A stretch of 34,406 nt of DNA from Nanobdellota archaeon (GCA_022709585.1 JAKLIN010000001.1:1-34406), one strand, 5' to 3'; shown: positions 7,723-16,400, counted from the first letter of the stretch. A program made the numbers and translations. Notes: generated from the letters alone by a model not told the origin.

Positions 7723-8993
7723 TCCATCAAAGGATCTTTAATTAATAAAAAGTATCTTCCATTATCTTTGTTTGGAAGATAATTCCTTGAAGCTTCTTGA
7801 ACCTGTTGCGAAGTTAATTGATTATATCCTTCTAAATACTGCTCAGGAGTAAGACCAGAATCTAATAAAATTTTAATCGCTTTTAGATGCCCCTCGCTTG
7901 AATCAAATGTGCTCGCAAGAGCATACCGCGTATTTTTTCTTATAGAATTCAAAGAATCTTCAGAAATTCCTTCTTTTTTTAAAGATTCAAATGCTTGGAA
8001 GAGAGTGTCCACTCCTTCATCAATTCTTTTCGCTGGAACAGCTGCAGTTACTTCAAAGATTCCCGTGTTATATGAACTTGCGTAGTTACAACTAGTACAA
8101 TAGGAAAGCCCGGATTCAAGCCCAAATTTTTTGTAGAACTGAGAAAATGGGCCTTTTCCCAAAAAGGTGGCTATAGTGTGCAAAGCACATCTATCTGGAT
8201 GCTCTTCTGGAGGAACTACCACAGAGAGTAAAATATCTGCTGCACTTTCTTCAGGGGAAAAATTATTCAAAAGCTCTTTTGCAGGAGCACGGATAACTGT
8301 TTTAAAAGGAAGTTCTGACAGAGGAGGAAATGTTCTTCTTGTATTTTCTCCCGGTTTTTCATTTCCGAAGTAATGATTAATTAATTCTGAATCATTTTTT
8401 GGTAAATTTCCTGCTAAAATTAAATCAAAGTTATTTGGATGGAACCCTCTTTGATAAAAATTTTGAAGTGCCTCGACATTTGCATTTTTTATTACATCTT
8501 CCTTACCCAAAACAAATTTTCCAAGAGGATGCTCTCGATAAATGACTCGGCTATATTCTCTTGCTAAAGGTCCGTGGTGATTAGTTCCCATTTCCACTAA
8601 TTCCCTTAAGACTCTTTTTCGTTCTCCCTCGACTCTTTCTTGATCAAAAGTTGGATGGAATGCTTGTTGGGATACTAAACTAAGCCAGTTCTCAAAATCT
8701 TCAGGAAGAAATCTCCCTAAAAAAGAGATTCTACCAATATTTGTTTGGGCATTATAATATCCTAAAGAAGGTATAATTCTTTCTAAGTCTGAAGAAGAAT
8801 GCTTTTCGGTTCCAGCTGTGACTAAACAATGCTCTAAATAATGAGCTAATCCTTCTTCACCTTCCTTTTCATTGCAAGCCCCATAATTAGCTCTTAATTC
8901 TGCGTTGATTAATCCTGAAGGAATTCTTTGCTTAGCTACAACTAATCCATTTTCTAAGGAATATTTTTCAAATCCGTCATCATGCCTTTCCAT
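7719..8993 (-). CDS. M16 (pitrilysin/insulinase) family zinc peptidase
   Basis: It has the inverted zincin motif HYLEH (HxxEH) near the N-terminus, is 424 aa and has a two-lobed M16 architecture. Confidence 0.8.
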   Translation of the reverse strand: MERHDDGFEKYSLENGLVVAKQRIPSGLINAELRANYGACNEKEGEEGLAHYLEHCLVTAGTEKHSSSDLERIIPSLGYYNAQTNIGRISFLGRFLPEDFENWLSLVSQQAFHPTFDQERVEGERKRVLRELVEMGTNHHGPLAREYSRVIYREHPLGKFVLGKEDVIKNANVEALQNFYQRGFHPNNFDLILAGNLPKNDSELINHYFGNEKPGENTRRTFPPLSELPFKTVIRAPAKELLNNFSPEESAADILLSVVVPPEEHPDRCALHTIATFLGKGPFSQFYKKFGLESGLSYCTSCNYASSYNTGIFEVTAAVPAKRIDEGVDTLFQAFESLKKEGISEDSLNSIRKNTRYALASTFDSSEGHLKAIKILLDSGLTPEQYLEGYNQLTSQQVQEASRNYLPNKDNGRYFLLIKDPLMD

Positions 8994-9106
8994 AAAAAAG
9001 CGCGGTAATGAAGCTATTTAAATCTTATTATAGTTACTACTCAGGAGTTAGAATAATTAAATAGTTTTCTTATTTTCAAAAAAACAGAATAAGATTAATT
9101 TATAAA

Positions 9107-9179
9107 TAGCCCTACCAGGATTCGAACCTGGGTCTTGGCCTCCAAAGGGCCACATTCTTGACCACTGAACTATAGGGCT
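9107..9179 (-). tRNA. tRNA-Gln(UUG): tRNA-Gln (anticodon UUG)
   Basis: Hand-folded from the reverse complement: AGCCCTA TA GTTC AGTGGTCAA GAAT G TGGCC CTTTGGA GGCCA AGACC CAGGT TCGAATC CTGG... TAGGGCT A. It has the A1-U72 pair typical of archaeal tRNA-Gln. No CCA is encoded. Confidence 0.9.
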
Positions 9180-9219
9180 TTCACAAGCTACTCAAAACTG
9201 CAAAAATAAAACCTAATCT

Positions 9220-10035
9220 TTATTTAAAAACTCTTTCATAGAATAATTCTCGGTTAACCTCTTCTTTTCCTAAGTCTAAACCTAAAAGTCTTTTCAAGCT
9301 AAATGGGCGATATTTTTCGCCGATTAAAACAGCTGCGAGTTTCTTGTATTCTTCAGCTCCTTTTGAATGGGGCTTGTGCTTGGAAAAAGGAGTGAACTTG
9401 GAAATAGAATTAACAACTTCTTCATCTTCTGGAATAACTGCTAAAACAGGCACATCCAATGTGTCTTCAATCTCTTTTATTGTTAATTCAAAAGACTTGC
9501 CATAAACTTTATTCAAAATTAAGCCATCAATTTTTACACCTCTTCTTCGAGCATGAACAATTGCTTTTAACGTTGAACTAAGAGTCGGATAATCGGGAGT
9601 TGTAACCACAATCAGCCTATCTGAAGCCATCATCACTGCAAGAGTTTCATCGTTAAGAGCCGGAGAAGAATCGATTATAATAAAATCATAATCTTGCTTC
9701 AATGGTTTTAATTTATTCTTTAATCTAAGAGGATTTATTTGTTTATCAAAAAAGATTGAAGCAGGAATCAAATCAAAATAATCTAAATGTTGAATTGCAG
9801 ATTTCGCAGTTTTAGAACCTTCAAGAACATGATGCAAACTCACTTTAGGATCAACAACTTTCAAGTGCATTCCCAGATTTGGAGCAGAGAGATTAGCATC
9901 CACTAAAAGCACTTTTCTTTGGAAATCACTTATTGCAGCCCCCAAAGAACTGACAACAGAAGTTTTACCAACTCCTCCTTTTAAGCTAAGAATTCCCAGA
10001 ATATCACCCTCTTTTCCCTTCCCCTCTTTTTCCAT
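9220..10035 (-). CDS. minD: MinD/ParA-family P-loop ATPase
   Basis: It has the deviant Walker A LKGGVGKTS, Walker B-like FIIIDSSP, and is 271 aa. Confidence 0.8.
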   Translation of the reverse strand: MEKEGKGKEGDILGILSLKGGVGKTSVVSSLGAAISDFQRKVLLVDANLSAPNLGMHLKVVDPKVSLHHVLEGSKTAKSAIQHLDYFDLIPASIFFDKQINPLRLKNKLKPLKQDYDFIIIDSSPALNDETLAVMMASDRLIVVTTPDYPTLSSTLKAIVHARRRGVKIDGLILNKVYGKSFELTIKEIEDTLDVPVLAVIPEDEEVVNSISKFTPFSKHKPHSKGAEEYKKLAAVLIGEKYRPFSLKRLLGLDLGKEEVNRELFYERVFK

Positions 10036-10054
10036 AATAGAATCATATAGAGAG

Positions 10055-10066
10055 AATTTAAATATT
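10055..10066 (-). promoter_or_regulatory. TATA-like box for the MinD-like gene
   Basis: The box aatttaaatatt is centred about 25.5 nt upstream of the ATG at 10035. Confidence 0.45.
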
Positions 10067-10080
10067 TTTCATACAGCAAG

Positions 10081-10090
10081 ATTTAAAAAA
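10081..10090 (+). promoter_or_regulatory. TATA-like box for rps15
   Basis: The box atttaaaaaa is centred about 25.5 nt upstream of the ATG at 10111. Confidence 0.45.
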
Positions 10091-10110
10091 GCATTTCGCA
10101 ATCTACTACC

Positions 10111-10491
10111 ATGCCAAAAAAAGCAAGCTCAAAAAAAGCAAAGAAAGCTGAAAAAACAGAAGAAAAAGCTGAAAAAGTGAAGCTTTCTGCAGAAGAATTT
10201 GAAAAGAAAGTTATAGAATTAGCTAAAGAAGGTTTAACCTCTGAAAAAATTGGGGAAAAGCTTAGAAAGCAAGGAATTCACTCAAAAGAATACAACAAAA
10301 AGATTTCTAAAATACTTAAAGAAAAGAACCTTTACAAAAACCCTGATTTAAAGAATATTGAAGAAAAATTAGGAAGAATTGATAATCACTACGCAAGAAA
10401 TAAGCAAGACAAAAAAACGTTGAAATCTAGAGAAAGAATACAGGGAAAGTTAAGACAGTTGAAGAATTATTTTTCACGCCAATCAAATTAA
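10111..10491 (+). CDS. rps15: Ribosomal protein uS15 (archaeal S15P/S13e type) with K-rich N-terminus
   Basis: The sequence GLTSEKIGEKLRKQGI...NPDLKNIEEKLGRIDNHYARNKQDKKTLKSRERIQGKLRQLKNYF matches the archaeal S15 layout. Confidence 0.85.
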   Translation: MPKKASSKKAKKAEKTEEKAEKVKLSAEEFEKKVIELAKEGLTSEKIGEKLRKQGIHSKEYNKKISKILKEKNLYKNPDLKNIEEKLGRIDNHYARNKQDKKTLKSRERIQGKLRQLKNYFSRQSN

Positions 10492-10517
10492 TATTAAATT
10501 AGTTTCTTTAATTTAAA

Positions 10518-11930
10518 ATGGAAGAAGAGGTATCAATTGGCAAAAGTGAAAGCACTGATTTTGTAAGTCTTAAAGAAGCAATAAATTATCTTGCTGAAAG
10601 GTTTCAAAAGCAGTCTGAAAAATCTCCGGTCCATGTTGTAAGCCATTTTGACACAGATGGAATAACTTCTGCTTCAATCATCACTAAATGTTTACAGAGA
10701 GATGATGTGGAATTTGATTTGACAATTTTAAAAAGTTTAACACCTGAAATAATTTCCACGCTTCCAAAAGAGGGAATTTTATTTTTCTTGGATTTAGCTT
10801 CAAACTCTTTGGATATCTTAGCAACACTTAACCAGCAAGTGTTCATATTGGACCATCACGAAGTAAGCCAAGAAATTCCAGAAAATGTGACTATTGCAAA
10901 TCCTAGACTCCAAGAATCCAATGAAGAAATAAGCAGTGCGGGATTATGTTATCTTTTTGCAAAAAAAATAAGTTCAGAAAATAAAGATTTAGCGCCTCTT
11001 GCAATTGTTGGAATGGTTGGAGACTCAATTGAAACAATCAGTTTGAACAATAGCGAAATCGCCCGTGATTCTGAAGTTATTATTAAAAAAGGATTAAAGA
11101 TTTACCCATCCACTCGCCCAATTAATCGTGCTTTGGAGTTCAGTTCAAGCCCTTATATTCCTGGAGTTACTGGAGATAGAGAAGGAGTTGTACAATTATT
11201 ACGGGATGCAAAAATTGAAAGAGACGATGGAAAATACAAAAATTTAATTGAATTAAGCGAAGAAGAAATGACAAGAATTGTTACTGCAATTATGCTTAAA
11301 ACAATGAAAAAAAGCGAAGAAGGAATTATTGGAAATATTTTCTTGATTAAGCAATTCAATCAATTAGAAGACGCAAGAGAATTAAGTGCTAAAATAAATG
11401 CAACAAGCAGATTAGGCGAGCCTTACAAAGCAGTGCTTTATTGTTTGGGACAAGCGGATGCAAAAAAGAGTGTTGAAAACATGTATGCTAAATACAAACA
11501 ATTCATAATCTCAGGTTTAAAGAAAGTTGAAAAATTGGAAAAAGCAGAAGGAAAAGGATATTTGATAATCAATGCAAAAAATGAAATAAGCGATGCAATC
11601 ATAGGAGTTATTGCAAGCATTCTTTCTCATTCTTCTGTTTACGAAGAAGGAACCATTATTGTGGCAATGTCTTATTCTGAGGAAAAAAAGATAAAAGTTT
11701 CTGGAAGAGCTGTCGGAAAAACGAATAGAAATTTAAGGGAAATCTTTGAAAGAGTCACCTTAAATATTGGCGGAGAATTTGGAGGGCACCCTCAAGCAGC
11801 AGGGTGCATCATTGATTCCATGAGAGAACAAGAATTTATTGAAACAATTAAAAAAAGTTTAGAAATTGAATTAGTTAAAATAAATCCTAGTCCAGTTAAT
11901 CCTCAAGAAAATCAATCTCAAAACCTTTAA
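10518..11930 (+). CDS. RecJ-like DHH/DHHA1 phosphoesterase (GAN/Cdc45-like candidate)
   Basis: It has DHH motifs HFDTDG and ILDHHE, plus the DHHA1 motif GGHPQAAG near the C-terminus. It is 470 aa and lies immediately downstream of rps15. Confidence 0.75.
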   Translation: MEEEVSIGKSESTDFVSLKEAINYLAERFQKQSEKSPVHVVSHFDTDGITSASIITKCLQRDDVEFDLTILKSLTPEIISTLPKEGILFFLDLASNSLDILATLNQQVFILDHHEVSQEIPENVTIANPRLQESNEEISSAGLCYLFAKKISSENKDLAPLAIVGMVGDSIETISLNNSEIARDSEVIIKKGLKIYPSTRPINRALEFSSSPYIPGVTGDREGVVQLLRDAKIERDDGKYKNLIELSEEEMTRIVTAIMLKTMKKSEEGIIGNIFLIKQFNQLEDARELSAKINATSRLGEPYKAVLYCLGQADAKKSVENMYAKYKQFIISGLKKVEKLEKAEGKGYLIINAKNEISDAIIGVIASILSHSSVYEEGTIIVAMSYSEEKKIKVSGRAVGKTNRNLREIFERVTLNIGGEFGGHPQAAGCIIDSMREQEFIETIKKSLEIELVKINPSPVNPQENQSQNL

Positions 11931-11954
11931 AACCCCTTATTCTATCCTTAATTT

Positions 11955-12653
11955 ATGGAACTTGAAGAAGGAAACAATGTGCTCTGCACTGTTGATAAAA
12001 TAATAGGAACAACTGTATTTGTAAAGATAGAAAACAATGGAGAAGGAACAATAATCACGAGTGAAATTGCTCCAGGAAGAATAAGAAACATCAGGGATTA
12101 TGTTGTCCCAAAAAAGAAAATTGTTTGCAAAATTTTAAGAATTTCTGGAGACAGAATTGATTTATCTTTAAGAAGAGTCACTCCAAAAGAAAGAAAAGAA
12201 GTTTTAGAAGAATACAGTGAAGAAAAAAGCTATGAAAGCATAATCAGAAGATTCTTGGAAAACAAAGCTGAAGAAGTTTTAACTAAGATTAAGCAAAAAG
12301 GGAGAATTTATGATTTCATTGAAGAAGCCAAAGAGGATGCAAAAGAGTTTGAAGCTTTAGCGGGAAAAGAACTAGCTAAAAAAATCTTAGATATTGTCAA
12401 AACTGAAAAGAAAAAATCAATTGTTGTAAAAAAAGAGATTTGTTTAAGAACAACAAATCCAGAAGGACTGAATGAAATAAAAAAACTTTTTGAAGGAATC
12501 AAAGATGCAGAAATAAATTATATCTGCGCAGGCAAGTATTCCTTGAAAATAGAGTCAAGCGATGCTAAAAAAGCAGACACTAGACTAAGAGAAATCATCT
12601 CTGAGATTGAAAAGAAAACAAAAAAACACGATTTCGAATTCTCTGCTCTTTAA
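11955..12653 (+). CDS. eif2a: Translation initiation factor aIF2 alpha subunit
   Basis: It has an N-terminal S1/OB domain (GNNVLCTVDKIIGTTVFVKI...GRIRNIRDYV...IDLSLRRVTPKERKE) followed by helical and alpha-beta domains. It is 232 aa. Confidence 0.75.
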   Translation: MELEEGNNVLCTVDKIIGTTVFVKIENNGEGTIITSEIAPGRIRNIRDYVVPKKKIVCKILRISGDRIDLSLRRVTPKERKEVLEEYSEEKSYESIIRRFLENKAEEVLTKIKQKGRIYDFIEEAKEDAKEFEALAGKELAKKILDIVKTEKKKSIVVKKEICLRTTNPEGLNEIKKLFEGIKDAEINYICAGKYSLKIESSDAKKADTRLREIISEIEKKTKKHDFEFSAL

Positions 12654-12755
12654 TCTAAACCGAATAATTAGTGAGTATTATAAAATGGTAATTTCCGAGG
12701 ATGTTTTAAGATTTAGTATCATAAAGCTTAAAAACCAGAACAGGCATCTGAGTAT

Positions 12756-13187
12756 ATGAAAAAGATAAAACTATTCCGCCCAGTGGATCCAATAAAAAAA
12801 GCAGACATATTCAGAGTAAGATTAATTGGAATTATATTCAATCCAAGAACCAGAAAAATCCTTCTTGAGAAGAACACCGGGGAAAAAGAGTTTAGTTTTC
12901 TTGATGGAGGATTAAGGCACAATGAGGAATTAGACAAAGCATTGAAAAGGATGATTCTTGAAAAAACAGGATTCAAGGTGCACAACTTAGGGGCAGTTTA
13001 TGCAGAGAATATGCTTCCTGAAAGGCACAAATTGAAATTGTATTTCTTGTGCGAAGCAACAGAGGGAACTCAAAAGATAGGCCCAGGAGTAGATGCATTA
13101 AAATGGATTTCCCCAAAAGACACAGAAAAAACAATAAAAGAAAAGATTTCTCCAAGATTAAAAGAATATCTTTCTAACTTAGCTTAA
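12756..13187 (+). CDS. Nudix-fold hydrolase homologue with a degenerate Nudix box
   Basis: The sequence GGLRHNEELDKALKRMILEKTGF fits Gx5Ex7R..I.E..GF, but the REUxEE core reads RMILEK. Confidence 0.55.
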   Translation: MKKIKLFRPVDPIKKADIFRVRLIGIIFNPRTRKILLEKNTGEKEFSFLDGGLRHNEELDKALKRMILEKTGFKVHNLGAVYAENMLPERHKLKLYFLCEATEGTQKIGPGVDALKWISPKDTEKTIKEKISPRLKEYLSNLA

Positions 13188-13227
13188 TTCTCTGAGCAAG
13201 TTTAAAGTAAGATTTACGAATATTAAA

Positions 13228-13380
13228 ATGAAACTCAAATTTTTTATTGATTCCAAGAAAAAGAAAGTTTACACTCTTCAAGAAGAGAAAGAAAACAAAA
13301 AAACTCAGGATGCTCATTACAAGTTTATTAAGTTCAAAGACAGAGCTGAACAAGAAGACAATTTGCAAGAGTCAGATTAA
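13228..13380 (+). CDS. nop10: Nop10-like H/ACA RNP protein lacking zinc-ribbon cysteines, 50 aa, absent from the ORF track
   Basis: My translation is MKLKFFIDSKKKKVYTLQEEKENKKTQDAHYKFIKFKDRAEQEDNLQESD. The VYTL and AH..F..(K)D spacing resembles eukaryote-like Cys-less Nop10 (compare ...RVYTLKK...SAHPARFSPDD). An A/T box lies about 24 nt upstream. The stop shares TTAA with the convergent gene, as at two other sites. It lies close to aIF2-alpha, a known archaeal neighbourhood. Confidence 0.4.
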   Translation: MKLKFFIDSKKKKVYTLQEEKENKKTQDAHYKFIKFKDRAEQEDNLQESD

Positions 13381-14606
13381 GTTAATGTTGCTTGCTTTTC
13401 ATCAATCAAAGCTTGCCCGTATTCTCCATCATAACCCGGGATAACTTTTATTTTTCCTTCGCGATTTTTCAAAATAAGCTCAACAAGTTTTTCACTGCAT
13501 TTCACAAGAAGTTTTTCTTTAGGGATTTTCAATAAAACGTCTAATTCATTTTTAAACTCGGAGATGACTTGATCGTAAACACTCCAAGATTTTTTACTTT
13601 CCAAAGGGCTGCTTTCTGCAAGAGAGATTAATTCTTGCAAAGGAACAATCTTGAAATATTCTTTTGCACTGCCCGGTTTAAATCCTTTAGGATGAGCTGC
13701 AATTTCTTCAACTCTGTACTCCACTCCAATAGTCATTTGCTTTCCGCAAACAGGACATTTTCCATTAAGTTGCTTGGTTTTTTCAGGAGAGCAGGAAAAA
13801 TTACAATTTCTATGTCCATCCCAGTGATATTTTCCGTATTCTGGAGGTGTTTCAATTGTGCCTGCTAATCCTCTGCCTGTGCGAATTGCGCGAACAATAT
13901 TTTCATAGCTTAATTCAGGAATATCAAATATTGTCGCTTCTCTTCCAATTCTAAAAGGCCAAAAGCTGTGAGCATCTGAAAAGCTGACAACTTTAACTTT
14001 GCCTGAAGCAATCTCAGGGAATCTCCAAAGCATTTCAGGGTCAGCACTCATTCCTGATTCAACAGCATAAATTTTATCTGTCTGATTTCCAAAACATTCT
14101 TTTAAAGAATTAAACCCAGACTTGCTTCCGAATATTCCAAAATAAGGAGTCATGCAATGTGCAGGAATAATCTCAATTAAATCGTCAATTTTTTTCAAAT
14201 CTTCAACAAATTGTTCTGCATCAATTCCAAAAATAGGCCTACCATCATAATCAATTCTTCCTTTAGAAGAAACGTATTCTGTAAATTTATCTGCAATTTT
14301 TTCATTTGGAACAAGAACAACGAGATGAACAGCTCTTCCTTTTCCTCCTCTGCTGTACATTAAACTAATTTCAGTTTGCCATAAAAAAGCAACTTTTCTA
14401 TTTTTAGTCCAAAGAATTCCTTTATCATCCTCAGTTAGTTTTTCTGCGATTTCTTTTCTGTAAATTGGATGTTGAAAATCACCTGTTCCAATTAAATTAA
14501 GCCCTTTTGTTTTTCCATAATTTTCAAGGTTTTCTATACTTAAATTTTTAGAAGTCGCACGAGAATGACGAGAATGCACATGCAGGTCTGCAATTATTTC
14601 AGCCAT
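13377..14606 (-). CDS. endoQ: PHP-domain nuclease with Zn ribbon, Endonuclease Q-like (COG1379-type)
   Basis: It has the N-terminal PHP motif DLHVHSRHSRATS...GTGDFQHP and the C-terminal HWDGHRNCNFSC...CPVCGKQMTIGVEYRVEE zinc-ribbon segment. It is 409 aa. Confidence 0.65.
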   Translation of the reverse strand: MAEIIADLHVHSRHSRATSKNLSIENLENYGKTKGLNLIGTGDFQHPIYRKEIAEKLTEDDKGILWTKNRKVAFLWQTEISLMYSRGGKGRAVHLVVLVPNEKIADKFTEYVSSKGRIDYDGRPIFGIDAEQFVEDLKKIDDLIEIIPAHCMTPYFGIFGSKSGFNSLKECFGNQTDKIYAVESGMSADPEMLWRFPEIASGKVKVVSFSDAHSFWPFRIGREATIFDIPELSYENIVRAIRTGRGLAGTIETPPEYGKYHWDGHRNCNFSCSPEKTKQLNGKCPVCGKQMTIGVEYRVEEIAAHPKGFKPGSAKEYFKIVPLQELISLAESSPLESKKSWSVYDQVISEFKNELDVLLKIPKEKLLVKCSEKLVELILKNREGKIKVIPGYDGEYGQALIDEKQATLT

Positions 14607-14702
14607 AAAATATTGAAAAGATTTGCTTTTAATAATTTAACTTTTCTTGTAAAATTTTACTACTTAACCGAACCAAATAAGTATGTTCAACACAAAACAA
14701 AA

Positions 14703-14712
14703 CTTTATAAAA
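14703..14712 (+). promoter_or_regulatory. TATA-like box for ndk
   Basis: The box ctttataaaa is centred about 26.5 nt upstream of the ATG at 14734. Confidence 0.5.
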
Positions 14713-14733
14713 TCTAAAAGGTAGCTTTAAACA

Positions 14734-15324
14734 ATGACTGAAAAAACTCTTGTATTAATCAAACCAGATGCAGTTAAAAAAAGCATTTGCGGAAAGATTC
14801 TTTCTAAGTTTGAAGATGCTGGATTGAAAATTGTTGGAATAAAGATGGTTTGGGCAGATGAGAATCTTGCAAGAAATCATTATTATTTAGATGAAACCTG
14901 GGCAAGAAGCGTTTACGAGAAAAAAAAGAAAAGTTGCGAGGAACAAGGTAAAGACTTTCCTTGCAAAGACCCCTTGGAAGTTGGAAAACAGATTCAATCT
15001 TGGAATGTGGAATATTTAATGGAAGGCCCAGTAATAGCAATGGTGCTCGAAGGAAATTATGCTGTTGAAATTGTAAGAAAACTCGTTGGTTCAACAGAAC
15101 CGAAATCATCTGCTCCTGGAACAATTAGGGGAGATTTTGCTTCAACAGAATCATATGGACTTGCAGATTATGAAAAAAGAGTTTTAAGAACATTAGTTCA
15201 TGCTTCAGACTCCCCAGAAAATGCAAAAAGAGAAATTGCTTTGTGGTTTAATATTGATGAATTGCATTCCAATTACAAAACAATTCATGATTTCCTTTTA
15301 AGAGAATACCACCCAGAAGACTAA
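14734..15324 (+). CDS. ndk: Nucleoside diphosphate kinase with two insertions
   Basis: It has LVLIKPDAV, GTIRGDFA and the catalytic His in LVHASDS. It is 196 aa versus about 140-150 aa for canonical NDK. Confidence 0.85.
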   Translation: MTEKTLVLIKPDAVKKSICGKILSKFEDAGLKIVGIKMVWADENLARNHYYLDETWARSVYEKKKKSCEEQGKDFPCKDPLEVGKQIQSWNVEYLMEGPVIAMVLEGNYAVEIVRKLVGSTEPKSSAPGTIRGDFASTESYGLADYEKRVLRTLVHASDSPENAKREIALWFNIDELHSNYKTIHDFLLREYHPED

Positions 15325-15402
15325 ATTCCGATTAAGTTAAGTTTTTAATACAACCGAATTCTGATAATATGGAGTTAGCATAAAAATAACTAACTTAAAC
15401 AA

Positions 15403-15474
15403 GCCCCTATAGTTAAGTGGATATAATGACTCCTTGCGGAGGAGTTGTCCGAGGTTCGAATCCTCGTAGGGGCG
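15403..15474 (+). tRNA. tRNA-Arg(GCG): tRNA-Arg (anticodon GCG)
   Basis: Hand-folded: GCCCCTA TA GTTA AGTGGATA TAAT G ACTCC TTGCGGA GGAGT TGTC CGAGG TTCGAAT CCTCG TAGGGGC G. Confidence 0.9.
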
Positions 15475-15512
15475 TGTAAAAAATTCTGAATAAATTGGCG
15501 TGAAATAAAAAA

Positions 15513-16400
15513 ATGAAAATTGGATATCCTTGCATAAACAACACTTTGAAGTGCACTACAAACAGCACATTTAGGCTTGCCTCTTATTCTGAGGAAAATT
15601 TAAAATTGAAAATAGAAAACAATTTAAAATGTTTGAAAAAAGTTTTAGAGTTTAATAAAGAGAATAATATTGAATTTTTTAGAATAAGCTCAGATTTAAT
15701 TCCGTTTGCTTCTCATGAAATAAACCAATTTAATTGGCAAGAGCATTTCAAAAAAGAACTTCAAGAAATAGGAGATTTCATCAAAGAAAATAACTTCAGA
15801 ATTTCCATGCATCCAGACCAATTCGTGCTTATCAACAGTCCAAACAAAGAAATTGTAAAAAGAAGCATAGATGAATTAAACTACCATTGCGAGGTTTTAG
15901 AGGCAATGCATTTAGACAATTCTGCTAAAGTCCAAATTCATGTTGGAGGCATTTACAACAACAAACCAGAAGCTATGCAAAGATTCATCGAAAATTACAA
16001 TAAGCTTCCAGAGAAAATCAAAAAAAGGCTTTGCATTGAGAATGATGACAGACTTTTCAGCTTGAAAGATTGTTTGCAAATTCATAAAACAACGCAAATT
16101 CCAATTATTTTTGATTTCTTTCATCATGAATGCTTAAACAATAAAGAACCAACCAGCGAGGCGGTTAAACTGGCTTCACAAACCTGGAAAAAACAAGATG
16201 GAATTTTAATGGCAGATTACAGCAGCCAAGAAAAAGATGAAAGAAAAGGCAAGCATGCTGAAACAATAGACTTAAAAGATTTTCAAGAAAAAATAAATCA
16301 AGCTAAACAAAATAAAAATTTAGACTTTGACGTGATGCTTGAAATAAAAGACAAAGAAAAAAGCGCAATCAAAGTTATTAAAGAATTAATAAATCATTAA
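15513..16400 (+). CDS. uvsE: UV damage endonuclease (UvdE/UvsE family)
   Basis: It starts MKIGYPCIN and has FRISSDLIPFASH, MHPDQF, IHVGG and CIENDD. It is 295 aa. Confidence 0.85.
   Translation: MKIGYPCINNTLKCTTNSTFRLASYSEENLKLKIENNLKCLKKVLEFNKENNIEFFRISSDLIPFASHEINQFNWQEHFKKELQEIGDFIKENNFRISMHPDQFVLINSPNKEIVKRSIDELNYHCEVLEAMHLDNSAKVQIHVGGIYNNKPEAMQRFIENYNKLPEKIKKRLCIENDDRLFSLKDCLQIHKTTQIPIIFDFFHHECLNNKEPTSEAVKLASQTWKKQDGILMADYSSQEKDERKGKHAETIDLKDFQEKINQAKQNKNLDFDVMLEIKDKEKSAIKVIKELINH

Noticed and set aside
13174-13444. Two track ORFs (13174-13368 minus, 13247-13444 plus) in the Nudix/EndoQ spacer.
   Set aside because: Both are low-complexity and overlap better candidates. The frame starting at 13228 (Nop10-like, 50 aa) is preferred because of its motif content, its upstream A/T box and the TTAA stop overlap.
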